DNA of 64,000 bases, taken from positions 760,990 through 824,989 of the forward strand of contig CP070761.1 of assembly GCA_020348985.1 (NCBI GenBank). The letters run 5' to 3'. This document shows positions 48,792 through 59,007 of the stretch, piece after piece. This stretch comes from Candidatus Thorarchaeota archaeon (lineage in GTDB: Archaea > Asgardarchaeota > Thorarchaeia > Thorarchaeales > Thorarchaeaceae). The number at the start of each line of letters is the position of its first letter. Positions within the stretch are counted from its first letter, which is position 1. Under the pieces are notes generated by a model. It searched no databases. It saw only the letters and a program-made list of their open reading frames with translations, and had not been told where the DNA came from. The position numbers and the translations under genes were made by a program.

Positions 48792-50555
48792 TTGTCGTAC
48801 AGTTTTCCGCGAAAGACGGGCATTGTCCTACTATTCGCCGCTGCAGTGGGAATCATTCTCTTTATGGTGGCTCCTGATGACATTACACCAGGAATCTATC
48901 AGGCTCGGCTGACCATCGATTCGCCTACAATCAGGGTTGATGAGGAGTACAATGTCACAGTCTTGCATGAGGGACCTGACCATTACCAGACGGTACACTA
49001 TGTTGGTGACGGGACAAACGCAACAATCGTAGCTAGAGACGAACTGCAAATACTACCAGGCAGCCGCTTCTCATTTGTAATCACAGCACAAGGCACTCCC
49101 CTTCAGGCCGGCCAAATTCTCGTACAGATCACGAACGAAGCCGGATACAACCAATCACTTCGAACAACAAGGCAATCTGAACAGACTTTCTATGTTGAGC
49201 TCCAACCATTGGTTCAGTCCAGGTATGCTGTCATGATTCTTGCCGTTGTGGCGATTCTCTGGTTCACAGAGGGCATCAGCCTGGTTGCGACATCCCTTCT
49301 AATACCGGTAATGATCGTGATGTCTGAGATTCATTCACCGCGAGTTGTTCTTGCATCCTTCTTCGATCCTGCTGTTGCTTTGATACTTGGAGGGTTTCTG
49401 ATTGGAAGGGCTCTCAGCAAATACGAGCTGGACAAACGACTGGCACTACTTATTCTCTTCAGGGGGCCTGGAAGTGGTTCAAGTCTTCTTCTTACCGTCA
49501 TGGGAGTAACGGCGTTCTTGTCGATGTGGATAAGCAATACAGCGTCCGCCGCTATAATGATTCCAATTGCATTGGCCGTCATCTCTAGAATCAGGAACAG
49601 CGGCGTGAGAGATCAGTACGCCAAGGCGCTCGTATTGGGAGTGGCATATTCTGCAACTGTTGGAGGAGTTGGCAGTCTCGTGGGCTCACCTCCCAATCCG
49701 CTCGCAGCAAGCTACATCAACTCTTTTCTCGGGATACAGTTCTCTTTCATTTCATGGTTGCCGTTTGGCTTTCCAGTTCTCCTGATCATGCTTCCAGTTG
49801 TCTGGCGCTGGCTAATCTATCGATTCAAACTGCCCAAAGATATCGAGGAAATGCAAGAACTTAAGCTAGTCTCGGAGAAAGAGCTTCTAAGATTGGGTCC
49901 AATGACCGCACAACAGAGATTGGTCGTGGCAGTCTTCATTGCAGTGGTCGCATTGTGGCTGACTGAAGAGCTGCCTGACTTCATCTCTGTAGTCGTTGGC
50001 TGGACCGGTCATGGCATTTCCAGCTCCATCGTTGCACTCATTGGCGGTGTCACACTAATGGTTCTACGACTACTTGATGAACGAGATGTGTCTAGAGAAG
50101 TTGGATGGTCTTCAATATTGATCTTGGGTAGCGGCATCGCATTAGGGGGCGCAATGATTGATACTGGTGTATCCGCCTTCTTGGCCTATCAAATGGGCGC
50201 CCTAGGTCTATTCCCGCCTTTGATTGTCATATTGATTGTTGGTGTCATAGCAGTTATGCTGACCATGGTGGCCTCAAACACTGGAGCAGCGGTCATACTC
50301 ATTCCAATAGCGATTCCTCTAGCTGCGAGTCTTGGAATAGACCCACTTCTGTTGACCATGGTTATAGCGATAGCCGTGTCAATGGACTTTGCACTGCCGA
50401 CCGGCACCCCTCCATCGACAATTGCCTATAGCACAGGGGAGCTCGAATTAGGTGAGATGATACGGACCGGACTAGTTATCGATTTCATTGCTATCGTCGT
50501 TGTCTCAATCGCCGCAGTGTCACTCTGGGCATTCCTTGGTCTTGTGGTCTTGTAG
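48792..50555 (+). CDS. SLC13/DASS family anion transporter with N-terminal extracytoplasmic domain
   Basis: SMWISNTA, GSPPN, ASNT, PTGTPPS motifs. Confidence 0.92.
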   Translation: MSYSFPRKTGIVLLFAAAVGIILFMVAPDDITPGIYQARLTIDSPTIRVDEEYNVTVLHEGPDHYQTVHYVGDGTNATIVARDELQILPGSRFSFVITAQGTPLQAGQILVQITNEAGYNQSLRTTRQSEQTFYVELQPLVQSRYAVMILAVVAILWFTEGISLVATSLLIPVMIVMSEIHSPRVVLASFFDPAVALILGGFLIGRALSKYELDKRLALLILFRGPGSGSSLLLTVMGVTAFLSMWISNTASAAIMIPIALAVISRIRNSGVRDQYAKALVLGVAYSATVGGVGSLVGSPPNPLAASYINSFLGIQFSFISWLPFGFPVLLIMLPVVWRWLIYRFKLPKDIEEMQELKLVSEKELLRLGPMTAQQRLVVAVFIAVVALWLTEELPDFISVVVGWTGHGISSSIVALIGGVTLMVLRLLDERDVSREVGWSSILILGSGIALGGAMIDTGVSAFLAYQMGALGLFPPLIVILIVGVIAVMLTMVASNTGAAVILIPIAIPLAASLGIDPLLLTMVIAIAVSMDFALPTGTPPSTIAYSTGELELGEMIRTGLVIDFIAIVVVSIAAVSLWAFLGLVVL

Positions 50556-50619
50556 GCGCCACGATTTCACGTCAAGTTTAAATCTCAAGGCTGTCGCTAT
50601 GGCCGGTTAGTGATGCGAG

Positions 50620-51390
50620 ATGAATTGGCTTGCGAAAATCATCGCAGGAGAACCTGACGAATTCGTGCATGCTAAGCTGATGAAGTATGGCATCGGCGAA
50701 CATCCCGGACCAAGAATCAAATTGACAATCAGCGGCACAAAGATTGGATTCAAGGGTGATCTTGATACAGAGAAGATCCTAGTCAGAGGCTACCTCCATG
50801 GTGTTGCAGACGGTGCTCAGAAGGTCAAGGGCATTGTGATCTGCTACTCAGATAGACAAGAGGCATTCACTGAACAGCCTGTTCCGTTGTACTGGCAGAA
50901 GTCAAAGGGTAAACTCGCTAGTGTATTCAAGGCGAAACTTGATGATCGAATTCCATTGGACGACATTCGTCAGCTTGTCAACGTTGACGATCCAACTACG
51001 TTCTTCCTCCTGAGCTTGTCTCCGGGCGACGGTACGAAACCTTGGAAGTTGACTACAAAGACATCTTTTCCAAAGAGTGGCCCTGCAGATGAAGAGGATG
51101 AGGAAAAGGAAAAGGATCCTGTCTTCGTGAAGGGGTCATTTGCTAACTCGCCTGAGATGATGGACTATATTCTTGACGTCATCTTTCCAGACTTTAAGGA
51201 TGAGATTGGTCCCAAGTCTAAGAAGATAAGCCTCAAACACAAGATTGTCATTGAAGACATAGAAGTTCCAGACGATCCGAGCCTTTCCTTCAGTGAGAAG
51301 CGGAAGTTGGCAAAGAAGAAGTCGCGTCTCGAAAGAACTCTTTCCGTAGATGACAAAGAACTAACGAAGGAGTACTCGTTCTCAGCATGA
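50620..51390 (+). CDS. Hypothetical protein
   Basis: 256-aa Lys-rich ORF; TTTAAAT promoter-like element upstream. Confidence 0.75.
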   Translation: MNWLAKIIAGEPDEFVHAKLMKYGIGEHPGPRIKLTISGTKIGFKGDLDTEKILVRGYLHGVADGAQKVKGIVICYSDRQEAFTEQPVPLYWQKSKGKLASVFKAKLDDRIPLDDIRQLVNVDDPTTFFLLSLSPGDGTKPWKLTTKTSFPKSGPADEEDEEKEKDPVFVKGSFANSPEMMDYILDVIFPDFKDEIGPKSKKISLKHKIVIEDIEVPDDPSLSFSEKRKLAKKKSRLERTLSVDDKELTKEYSFSA

Positions 51391-51464
51391 TAATTGAACG
51401 ACCATCATCTTTAAATCGAGTTCAGAGGGGCGGTCACGGCAGATTCTGAAGAGTGGTGCATGCA

Positions 51465-51668
51465 ATGCTACAGACAGGTTTCGAAGCCTTGTACGGATAC
51501 ATCTCATTGGCCTTCATACTTTTTGGCATCTTCGCAATAGGCTGGTTGATTATTCACGTTGAATACAGCAGGCACTTCTCTTGGTTCAAAGTGATATCTG
51601 CCGCGGTGCTTGGCTCACTCTTCCTCGGCTTTGGAATTCACTTTCTCATTCTATCTTTTGCATTATGA
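51465..51668 (+). CDS. OST5/TMEM258-like oligosaccharyltransferase small subunit
   Basis: 2 TM; FGIFAIGW and SLFLGFGIHFLIL match the recalled TMEM258 pattern (IGMFFTAW...SLFMGFGVLFLLL). Confidence 0.72.
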   Translation: MLQTGFEALYGYISLAFILFGIFAIGWLIIHVEYSRHFSWFKVISAAVLGSLFLGFGIHFLILSFAL

Positions 51669-51777
51669 AGAACGTGTGAAGTCAAAGTGGTAGTTTGACA
51701 CATAATCGACTCAAATGTGACTCTTTCACTGACAATGTACACAAACAACCTATATTTGCCTATGAAATGATTCGACA

Positions 51778-53004
51778 TTGTCTCAGGACGTATTCAAGTT
51801 TCTTCAATTCAGGCCGAGGATATCCCCATTGCTATTAGATTCCGAGCTCGAGAAGCTCGCAGTCGCAAGCCGGCAAAGGCTTACGCAAGAATTCGCTGAG
51901 AAACATGCGAATCTTCAGGAGCGCATTCGTAGAGTTCCTATCGAGGAGGCTAAGCGGATATCTGAGAAGCTGAATTGTCCACTTGAGATTGCAATGATGG
52001 CCTTTCTTTTGGACATGGACGGTATACTCAGTGCTCGGAAAGCTGTTGATCTTCTGGTCAGAGAGCTTCAGCGACGCAGCGAGATTGGTGATGCAGTACC
52101 CAATCTGCCAGGAAACATACAGGAGTTTGCCATCTCTGAAGGCAGATGGTTAGAGTACAATTATGGCTCATTTGTTAGGGACGTCGAAGTGCGTGTAAGA
52201 GAACTAGCGAATCTAGAAGCAACAGTGGACGATGAGAAGCAGACAATTGAGAAAGCAATCTCTGTTCTGCAGGAAAGGACGAAGCTTGTTGAGACCTTCA
52301 TCTCTCCAATTGTACAGAAATGGATCAATGAGCATGAAAAGTCAACGAGCTTGGACGCACTCCTTGCCTTCGGGCCGCCAATCACAAAGTGGAAACTTGC
52401 AACTCTCGTAGGACGATTTACCAAACTACGCACCAGGAATCAGGCCTTCTTCAGGAGACTCCGCATGACTCTTGCAACTGCTGAAGAATCTGCTACAATT
52501 GGCTCCATCATCGAGTCTATCGACCAAATAGTCGCAGCACTTGAATCGCCGTTGGATCAAATGGATGTCCGAGCGACCTCTCACTTTTTGCTACACATTG
52601 CCCCAAGACCTCGAGGACGTGGAGACATGTCAAGGATCGTCATTGTTGGAGCGGCAACAACCAGGGGTAGCAAAACAGAGCCCGACATGACTTCGCCCTT
52701 CGACTTCTTGGAACGAGACGTCAAACTTGGTCGGAGAAGAAAGGGGAAGGAAAGAAAGACATACCTTTTCGAGCGAATTGAAAGAGTCATCCGAGTCTTA
52801 AGACATCAAGGAATCGACATTATGGAGTGCGTTGGCCGTTCAGTGAAGGAACTTGCAGAAAGAATGAATCTCGAAAACACACCTGTTGACGAAATCGCGG
52901 CAAAGAATGAACAGGAGATGGCATCGACCTCACCGGAAAACAGAGATGAAATGGCAGTGCAGATGGTTTACGATTTCGTGACATCCCATATCTATGGGGA
53001 GTGA
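51778..53004 (+). CDS. Hypothetical alpha-helical protein
   Basis: 408-aa ORF; its stop overlaps the next ORF. Confidence 0.75.
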   Translation: MSQDVFKFLQFRPRISPLLLDSELEKLAVASRQRLTQEFAEKHANLQERIRRVPIEEAKRISEKLNCPLEIAMMAFLLDMDGILSARKAVDLLVRELQRRSEIGDAVPNLPGNIQEFAISEGRWLEYNYGSFVRDVEVRVRELANLEATVDDEKQTIEKAISVLQERTKLVETFISPIVQKWINEHEKSTSLDALLAFGPPITKWKLATLVGRFTKLRTRNQAFFRRLRMTLATAEESATIGSIIESIDQIVAALESPLDQMDVRATSHFLLHIAPRPRGRGDMSRIVIVGAATTRGSKTEPDMTSPFDFLERDVKLGRRRKGKERKTYLFERIERVIRVLRHQGIDIMECVGRSVKELAERMNLENTPVDEIAAKNEQEMASTSPENRDEMAVQMVYDFVTSHIYGE

Positions 53005-53009
53005 TTGTC

Positions 53010-53780
53010 ATGTCTGATAGTGGTGCACTCGCTTGGATCCTCGATGTCGAAGCCTACGACTTTGATATTGGTGTTCTCGCTGGCACCGACATCACCGGGA
53101 AAGCTCTGGTCATATCCCGTCAGTTGTGGTCTGTTATCAGAGGGGACAAGGTTGTCTCAATCCTTATTGGGCCGGGTGTGTTTAAGGGAGTGGCAGAGTC
53201 TGGACCCCGTAGAATCGAAGTCATGGAGCATCTTTCGGCTCTGATTTTCGACCCTGCAATGTTGAGATACGATGAACCAGTTCCACAAGTGGACATTGTC
53301 AATCCAGAGGTGATAGATCCGCTGTCCACATCAAAACCCGAGGAAATCTATGCCGTGATTAGGAAGCTGATAGTCGAGAAAGGAAACGTCCTAGCAGTTG
53401 ATCCATTGGTAAAAGTCAGCAGCGATGCAAATGTTCCTGAGACAGCGCATTATGCCGAAAGCTTGGAGAAGATCTCAGTCAGTCACGTTTCAGGGGTCCA
53501 AAGAGCCAGATTCATTCTGGCTGGGACCAATAGTCCGCTCTATCGCCCATTCGCTGACTGGTACGTGAAGGACAAGTACAGAAATCCTGAGCAGACCAAG
53601 ATCATGGACACCTTCTCATCAAAGTTCGCTGCGTTTGAGGACAACGAAACTTTGTCAGATTGGACAATAGTGGAGAAGTACGGCATAACCGAGGCAACCG
53701 GAATTGCCGCTCTCCAAGAGGAGTATCAGGCATCTTTCAACATCCTATCTCAGAACGAGGCGGCTTTCCTCTTCGACTAG
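53010..53780 (+). CDS. Hypothetical protein
   Basis: ORF of about 256 aa, co-oriented with its neighbours. Confidence 0.75.
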   Translation: MSDSGALAWILDVEAYDFDIGVLAGTDITGKALVISRQLWSVIRGDKVVSILIGPGVFKGVAESGPRRIEVMEHLSALIFDPAMLRYDEPVPQVDIVNPEVIDPLSTSKPEEIYAVIRKLIVEKGNVLAVDPLVKVSSDANVPETAHYAESLEKISVSHVSGVQRARFILAGTNSPLYRPFADWYVKDKYRNPEQTKIMDTFSSKFAAFEDNETLSDWTIVEKYGITEATGIAALQEEYQASFNILSQNEAAFLFD

Positions 53781-53839
53781 GGCCCCGACCGCAAAGGTCT
53801 TTGGTACACAGTATTGGCTTCAAAGACGAGGAGTTAGTC

Positions 53840-56458
53840 TTGGAGGTAGCGGATTCCGATATTCAGAAGCGACTCAAGAGCCCATATGTTCTCGTGCTAC
53901 GCGCCTCCAAGCAAGAGCTGGCAACGAGGATGGATCTCTTTTCTGACGTTCTCCGTGATAGACAGAGAGCATATCTAAGCGGTATGGTTGAATGGGCAAA
54001 GAGACAAGACAGTCTTCTTGATCTGAAACGTGCATGGTTCGTCAAGTACAACAAACCGGTCTACTACCAGCCTAAAGAGTTCAAGAACGTCCTAAAGAGT
54101 GCGAAGAAAATCATCATTCCACGTCACGATAAACCCCCGTTTGTGGGAGAATTGAAAGACTTCTTGAAGCGGAATGGCGTTCTTGGCCCTCGAATCATAC
54201 CACTGTGTGAGAGCTGCTTGCGCGAGAATCGTCTTACAGTCCTGACTCGTCGAAACGCTGTGAAATCCTCTGACACGAGTGCTTCATGCCTAACTTGCGC
54301 ACAATCAGATCTCAAGACCGATCTGAAGAGCCTTGGGTTCGACCTTTCGAAGGCAATGATCTCCCAGCTGGAAAAACAGCTTGCAAGAGTAAAATCTGTG
54401 CCTCGAATGATTGACCTGATGACACCCGGTTTTGACCCTTCACAGCAACCCGACTTGACTTTGGTCGACGAGATTACAGCCGAAATCTCTGAAAGGCGAA
54501 AGGGGATTGACTCACTCCCCCTTCCTGACGAAGTTAAGGAGGTGCTTGCGAGCGAAGGGCTTGAGTCTTTGCTTCCCATACAGGAACTAGTGATTGAAGC
54601 AGGACTCCTAAAGGATGAGAGTCTCCTTATAGTGTCCTCCACATCCTCCGGGAAGACTCTTCTTGGTGAGTTGGCTGGGGTGCCAAAGGCCATGAGCGGG
54701 AAACGGATGGTATACCTCTCTCCATTGGTGGCCCTAACCAACGAGAAGTATGAGCTATTCCGGTCGCGTTACAAGAAACTAGGTCTCAAGGTGGGCATCA
54801 AGGTTGGCATGTCTCGTCTAGATGTTGGTGATGAGGGGCGAGTAATCGTTGACACTGACATAACGAAATCTGACATCATTTGCGCGACATATGAGGCTCT
54901 TGACCTTCTTTTCCGGTCCGGTAATGTGCAGAGCATTTGTGATATCGGTACCGTCATTATTGATGAGATTCAGAACCTGTCTGATCCTGAACGTGGCCCC
55001 GAATTGGATGGCCTGCTTGCAAGATTGCGGTTCCATTCTCCCAAAGCACAAATCCTGGGCCTCTCGGCAACAATCGGCTCCCCCGAGAAATTGGCCAGGG
55101 AGCTCAAGTTGAAGTTGGTCAACAGCGTTGGCAGACCAGTCCCCCTTGAACGCCATCTCGTATTCGCACGAAATGATGATGCAAAAAGAACAATCATACG
55201 CCGGCTAGTGAAAAGTGAGTACAAGAAGGTCAGCAGCTTTGGCAAAAGGGGTCAATCGATAATCTTCACGTTCTCTCGCCGAAGGTCGCATGCTCTGCAA
55301 GAATGGTTACATAGCAACGGGGTCTCTAGTGCACTGTATCATGGGGGTCTGTCGTACGTAGAACGAAGAAGAACAGAGAAAGCATATGGCAAGCAGAGAT
55401 TCTCTTGCATTGTCACTACAGCGGCCTTGGGGGCCGGAGTAGATCTTCCTGCGTCTCAGGTAATATTCGAATCATTGGCCATGGGCGCCGACTGGTTGTC
55501 AACTGCCGAGTTTGAACAGATGCTTGGCAGAGCAGGTCGGTTAGGAAAGCATGACCGCGGCAAAGTGTATCTGGTTGTTGAACCCGGCCGCAAATATCAC
55601 GGAGGGCAAGACAAGTGTGAAGATGAAATCGCGGCAGACTTGCTCCGGGGCGATATTGAGGAAGTCGAACCGTTTGCCGATACTGAGACTAGCGCTGAGC
55701 AGATTCTGGCAACAATCTGCTCAACAGGACTAGTCAAGCTGAAAGACATTGCACGTGCCTACAACAGGATGCTCTCAGTTAGTGTTCCCCCCTCTGATGC
55801 ATTGAAACGTTTGGTGCGAACGCACATGATTCGCGTCAAAGAGGGCGGTGCACATCCGACTGAGCTAGGATTGGCGACTTCCCTTTCATTCCTCACACCA
55901 AGTAGAGGCTATGATGTCTTGAAGGCGTCGGAATCTTTGGATGTACTTGACATTGCAATCAGTCTCGACACGTTCGAGAATGTCTATCTTAGCTCAAGAC
56001 TTCAGGGCGAGGTAGATACTGCATTCAGAACTCACATGCCGACAAGGTTGTTCTCAGGTGTTTTCGCTGACTTGACAGATTTGAAGAAGCCCACTGGAGG
56101 ATCCGGAAGACTTCCAAAATGGGTCTTCGAGGTTTTTGGGAAATGGACTACTGACTTCTTCAATTGCGGATGTAGAGACTTTCCTGAGTGTGATCATGGC
56201 AAGATCAAGTTAGGGAAATGGATTGTGGAACGTCGACTAGAAGGATTGAACCCTTCTGTCATAGCGAGGAAGCTGATCAACTCGTATGAGCTGTGGGCCT
56301 ACCCGGGAGATCTCTTCTCTTGGCTCGACTCTCTTATCCACAATCTTAATGCAGTGAAGCGCATTGCGGCAGTTGCTGGAAAGACCGACCTTGGTGAGCA
56401 AATCGAGGATCAGATCGCACGTATCGAGAGACCTCTGACGTTCTCGAAGAGCGAATGA
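53840..56458 (+). CDS. Archaeal SF2 helicase (COG1202 / DUF5814 type)
   Basis: STSSGKT, DEIQ, SAT, QMLGRAGR and C-terminal CGC...P.C; GAGGAG RBS before TTG 53840. Confidence 0.9.
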   Translation: MEVADSDIQKRLKSPYVLVLRASKQELATRMDLFSDVLRDRQRAYLSGMVEWAKRQDSLLDLKRAWFVKYNKPVYYQPKEFKNVLKSAKKIIIPRHDKPPFVGELKDFLKRNGVLGPRIIPLCESCLRENRLTVLTRRNAVKSSDTSASCLTCAQSDLKTDLKSLGFDLSKAMISQLEKQLARVKSVPRMIDLMTPGFDPSQQPDLTLVDEITAEISERRKGIDSLPLPDEVKEVLASEGLESLLPIQELVIEAGLLKDESLLIVSSTSSGKTLLGELAGVPKAMSGKRMVYLSPLVALTNEKYELFRSRYKKLGLKVGIKVGMSRLDVGDEGRVIVDTDITKSDIICATYEALDLLFRSGNVQSICDIGTVIIDEIQNLSDPERGPELDGLLARLRFHSPKAQILGLSATIGSPEKLARELKLKLVNSVGRPVPLERHLVFARNDDAKRTIIRRLVKSEYKKVSSFGKRGQSIIFTFSRRRSHALQEWLHSNGVSSALYHGGLSYVERRRTEKAYGKQRFSCIVTTAALGAGVDLPASQVIFESLAMGADWLSTAEFEQMLGRAGRLGKHDRGKVYLVVEPGRKYHGGQDKCEDEIAADLLRGDIEEVEPFADTETSAEQILATICSTGLVKLKDIARAYNRMLSVSVPPSDALKRLVRTHMIRVKEGGAHPTELGLATSLSFLTPSRGYDVLKASESLDVLDIAISLDTFENVYLSSRLQGEVDTAFRTHMPTRLFSGVFADLTDLKKPTGGSGRLPKWVFEVFGKWTTDFFNCGCRDFPECDHGKIKLGKWIVERRLEGLNPSVIARKLINSYELWAYPGDLFSWLDSLIHNLNAVKRIAAVAGKTDLGEQIEDQIARIERPLTFSKSE

Positions 56459-56480
56459 ACAATAGACTCCGAATCAGTGT

Positions 56481-56735
56481 TCACTTTGATTCGTCAAAGG
56501 AAACCGATACACGAATACTGGAGACCTCTTCGGTGCTCATTGTGTCTATATTGAGGTCAATCCACTTGTGAAGGTCTCTTCGAATCTTCTCCTTGGTAGT
56601 TATCTCTCCAGGAAGACTCCACTTGTCATCATTTGAAACTAGTTTGAAGTGGGAGCAACCGCACTTACATGATCCATTAAGCACAGTATCTATGTCGTCT
56701 GAGGTCTCACCACAGTTCCTGCACTTGAACAGCAT
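56481..56735 (-). CDS. Zinc-ribbon protein (DUF2072/OapC-like N-terminus)
   Basis: CRNCG...VLNGSCKCGCSHF. Confidence 0.65.
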   Translation of the reverse strand: MLFKCRNCGETSDDIDTVLNGSCKCGCSHFKLVSNDDKWSLPGEITTKEKIRRDLHKWIDLNIDTMSTEEVSSIRVSVSFDESK

Positions 56736-56874
56736 CGTAGAATTCTCCAACAAGAACGCATCACTTTACTTCTATGAGGCTTCGTACTCTCGGCGTATTA
56801 CTAGGATAGTAACTCTTAGGCCGAGGATTACACTTATCTATCCCATATTTGGCCACATGTCGGGGCGAGATGGA

Positions 56875-57132
56875 ATGTCCAAATCCTGTGCAGTGTGTCG
56901 CTCAAAGGGCAAGTTCCGATGCGACCGTTGTAGAAACGAATTCTGTTCAGACCATGCCATCAAATGCTCCTCTTGTGGCACAATCACGTGTATTCGAGAT
57001 TTGAACCGAAAGAGTATCTGCCCATTCTGTAGCAACACATTGGCGATATGCCCAGAGTGTCTCATGAACACCAAAATTGTGCGGACAATCGCCAACAACA
57101 CACTCTGTCCAGAGTGTGGCTGGAGTTCCTAG
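56875..57132 (+). CDS. Small multi-zinc-finger protein (85 aa, 14 Cys)
   Basis: CAVC...CDRC....CSDH...CSSC...CPFC...CPEC...CPEC. Confidence 0.75.
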   Translation: MSKSCAVCRSKGKFRCDRCRNEFCSDHAIKCSSCGTITCIRDLNRKSICPFCSNTLAICPECLMNTKIVRTIANNTLCPECGWSS

Positions 57133-57383
57133 AAGAGAAACAGAATCACCCACATTACTATGACGATCAAACATAATGCGGTCGCTATTTGTCTGCCTCT
57201 TGTACCGAATCCCCATACTATCGGTATTGGACCAAGCAGAATGATGCCCTTACTCCTAGTCTGACCATTCCTAGGATCTCGGACTGGTTGTTGGGCTCTT
57301 AGAAGCAAAGCAATTAGGACGAGGACGAAGCCAATGAAGAAGAGAATCAGACCCAGCACAAATGTTGAGCTGCTAAGTTGCAT
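57129..57383 (-). CDS. DUF131 family membrane protein
   Basis: GIILLGPIPIVWG motif. Confidence 0.85.
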   Translation of the reverse strand: MQLSSSTFVLGLILFFIGFVLVLIALLLRAQQPVRDPRNGQTRSKGIILLGPIPIVWGFGTRGRQIATALCLIVIVMWVILFLF

Positions 57384-57387
57384 TTCT

Positions 57388-57924
57388 TCAATCACCCAGT
57401 GGCCTAGCAGGAACAGGGAGAACAAACTCCATTCGCTCATATCCCCCAACGTCGCTTCCATCGAGAGCCCACAGACTCACTAGGTTGTCATAAATCTCGA
57501 AGTCCAAGAGAGACTCGATTTCAGTTATCCTAGTTCCTGATGGGAATCTCCACATGATTTCGAAATCATAAGGTGCTGTTTCTTCTTCCAACCAAGTCTC
57601 AATCTTATTGGTACCTACCCTGAATCTGCCAAAGAAGTCTATGAGATACACGACTGCAACCACGTCACTCTTGCCCTTTGGGAAGATGTCAACAAATTCG
57701 ACGATGGATCGCACTCTTTCGTCATTGATTTCCACTCGCTCCTTGTCGAGAAAGAATTGCATGTTTGTGGCCAGCTTTCTGATTTCGTCAGTGAGTAGAG
57801 CATCGTCTTGAGTCACTTTTCGATAGTATCCATCTGGGTCGTAGTACTCAAACGCCAGCCGCTCATGGATTTCACCGGTTGCTGATACAGAGAAGAATGA
57901 ATCTGCATGAACTGGGTCTACCAT
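57388..57924 (-). CDS. Hypothetical protein
   Basis: Acidic, beta-rich ORF within the operon. Confidence 0.75.
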   Translation of the reverse strand: MVDPVHADSFFSVSATGEIHERLAFEYYDPDGYYRKVTQDDALLTDEIRKLATNMQFFLDKERVEINDERVRSIVEFVDIFPKGKSDVVAVVYLIDFFGRFRVGTNKIETWLEEETAPYDFEIMWRFPSGTRITEIESLLDFEIYDNLVSLWALDGSDVGGYERMEFVLPVPARPLGD

Positions 57925-57954
57925 TTCGTCTGCCCCTTCAAGCAATATGACCAC

Positions 57955-58959
57955 CTACTCCAAAGGAACCGCTTTCAACCCCTCATCCATAAGGTGGGTT
58001 GAGAACTCATTTGCTTTGTCAGTGAAGCAATACACAACTCTTGGATTTACATCCTTTGCGAATCTAATCAGACCCTGGAAGTCCGTGTGTGCACTCAAGG
58101 GGAATCCAGTGTCTATTGAATTGCCCAGGACCCATCCAGAGAGGTTCAGGATCTCAATCCGCATTTCGATTTCTCTGGCCTTTCTATCTCCAACTAGCCT
58201 TCTCAGATTCCGTAATGTGTGTCCAGGATGAGAACTAACAATCACACAACCCGAATCGAGGAGCTCGAAAGCATTGGCTGAATCGATAGACAGCAGACTT
58301 AGTTTCGCTCCATAGTCACAATACACCTTGTTGACTTCCAGGATCGGGGGATTTCCGCCTATCGCATCCAGATTCTCTCTATGAAGGAGGGCAAGAGCCT
58401 CCTGTGCCTTTCCCAATGAATATGCTTGAAAGACGGGAATTCTATCTTCACTCAGAATCATGCGCGCACGAGATACGATGTCCTCGTGTATCGACTTTCT
58501 GTCAGGGAAGACCCAGTAAGGCGATCCATACGTTGCTTCTGTGATTAGCACATCGGCATCAGTGGGTTCTGCGGCTTGATGTACAATGCTGTCTACGTTG
58601 TTGAAATCTCCAGTGTATAGTAGACGCAGACCGTCTCTGAACTTCAGAAGAAACATTGAGGATCCTAGCACATGTCCAGCGTTCAGTGGCGTTATCTCCA
58701 CTCCCTTGCTCATGTATGAATCTCCATAGTCAACTACAATGTTCTCCCATCTCACTCTTCCATTTCGCGCGAGATAGGTGTCTATCGTGCCTTTTGTTGT
58801 CACAACCTTGGCTGCATCACTCAAGTCGGAAATGTGGTCCATGTGAGAGTGAGATAGAAGTGTTAACCGGCCTGGTAGACTAGTGTCCAATGCAATCTTC
58901 AATCCCTGATATCTAATAACGATGCCAGACCCATGTTTCACGACATTCAGGGAGCTCAT
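57955..58959 (-). CDS. Metallo-beta-lactamase / beta-CASP nuclease
   Basis: HSHMDH, AGHVLGS, YTGD, EATYG, YSLGKAQE, LSAHTD. Confidence 0.9.
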   Translation of the reverse strand: MSSLNVVKHGSGIVIRYQGLKIALDTSLPGRLTLLSHSHMDHISDLSDAAKVVTTKGTIDTYLARNGRVRWENIVVDYGDSYMSKGVEITPLNAGHVLGSSMFLLKFRDGLRLLYTGDFNNVDSIVHQAAEPTDADVLITEATYGSPYWVFPDRKSIHEDIVSRARMILSEDRIPVFQAYSLGKAQEALALLHRENLDAIGGNPPILEVNKVYCDYGAKLSLLSIDSANAFELLDSGCVIVSSHPGHTLRNLRRLVGDRKAREIEMRIEILNLSGWVLGNSIDTGFPLSAHTDFQGLIRFAKDVNPRVVYCFTDKANEFSTHLMDEGLKAVPLE

Positions 58960-59007
58960 TGGAAGACAGTCCGCTAAGCATGGCTGGATTTCTAAAGGTT
59001 TCCCACG

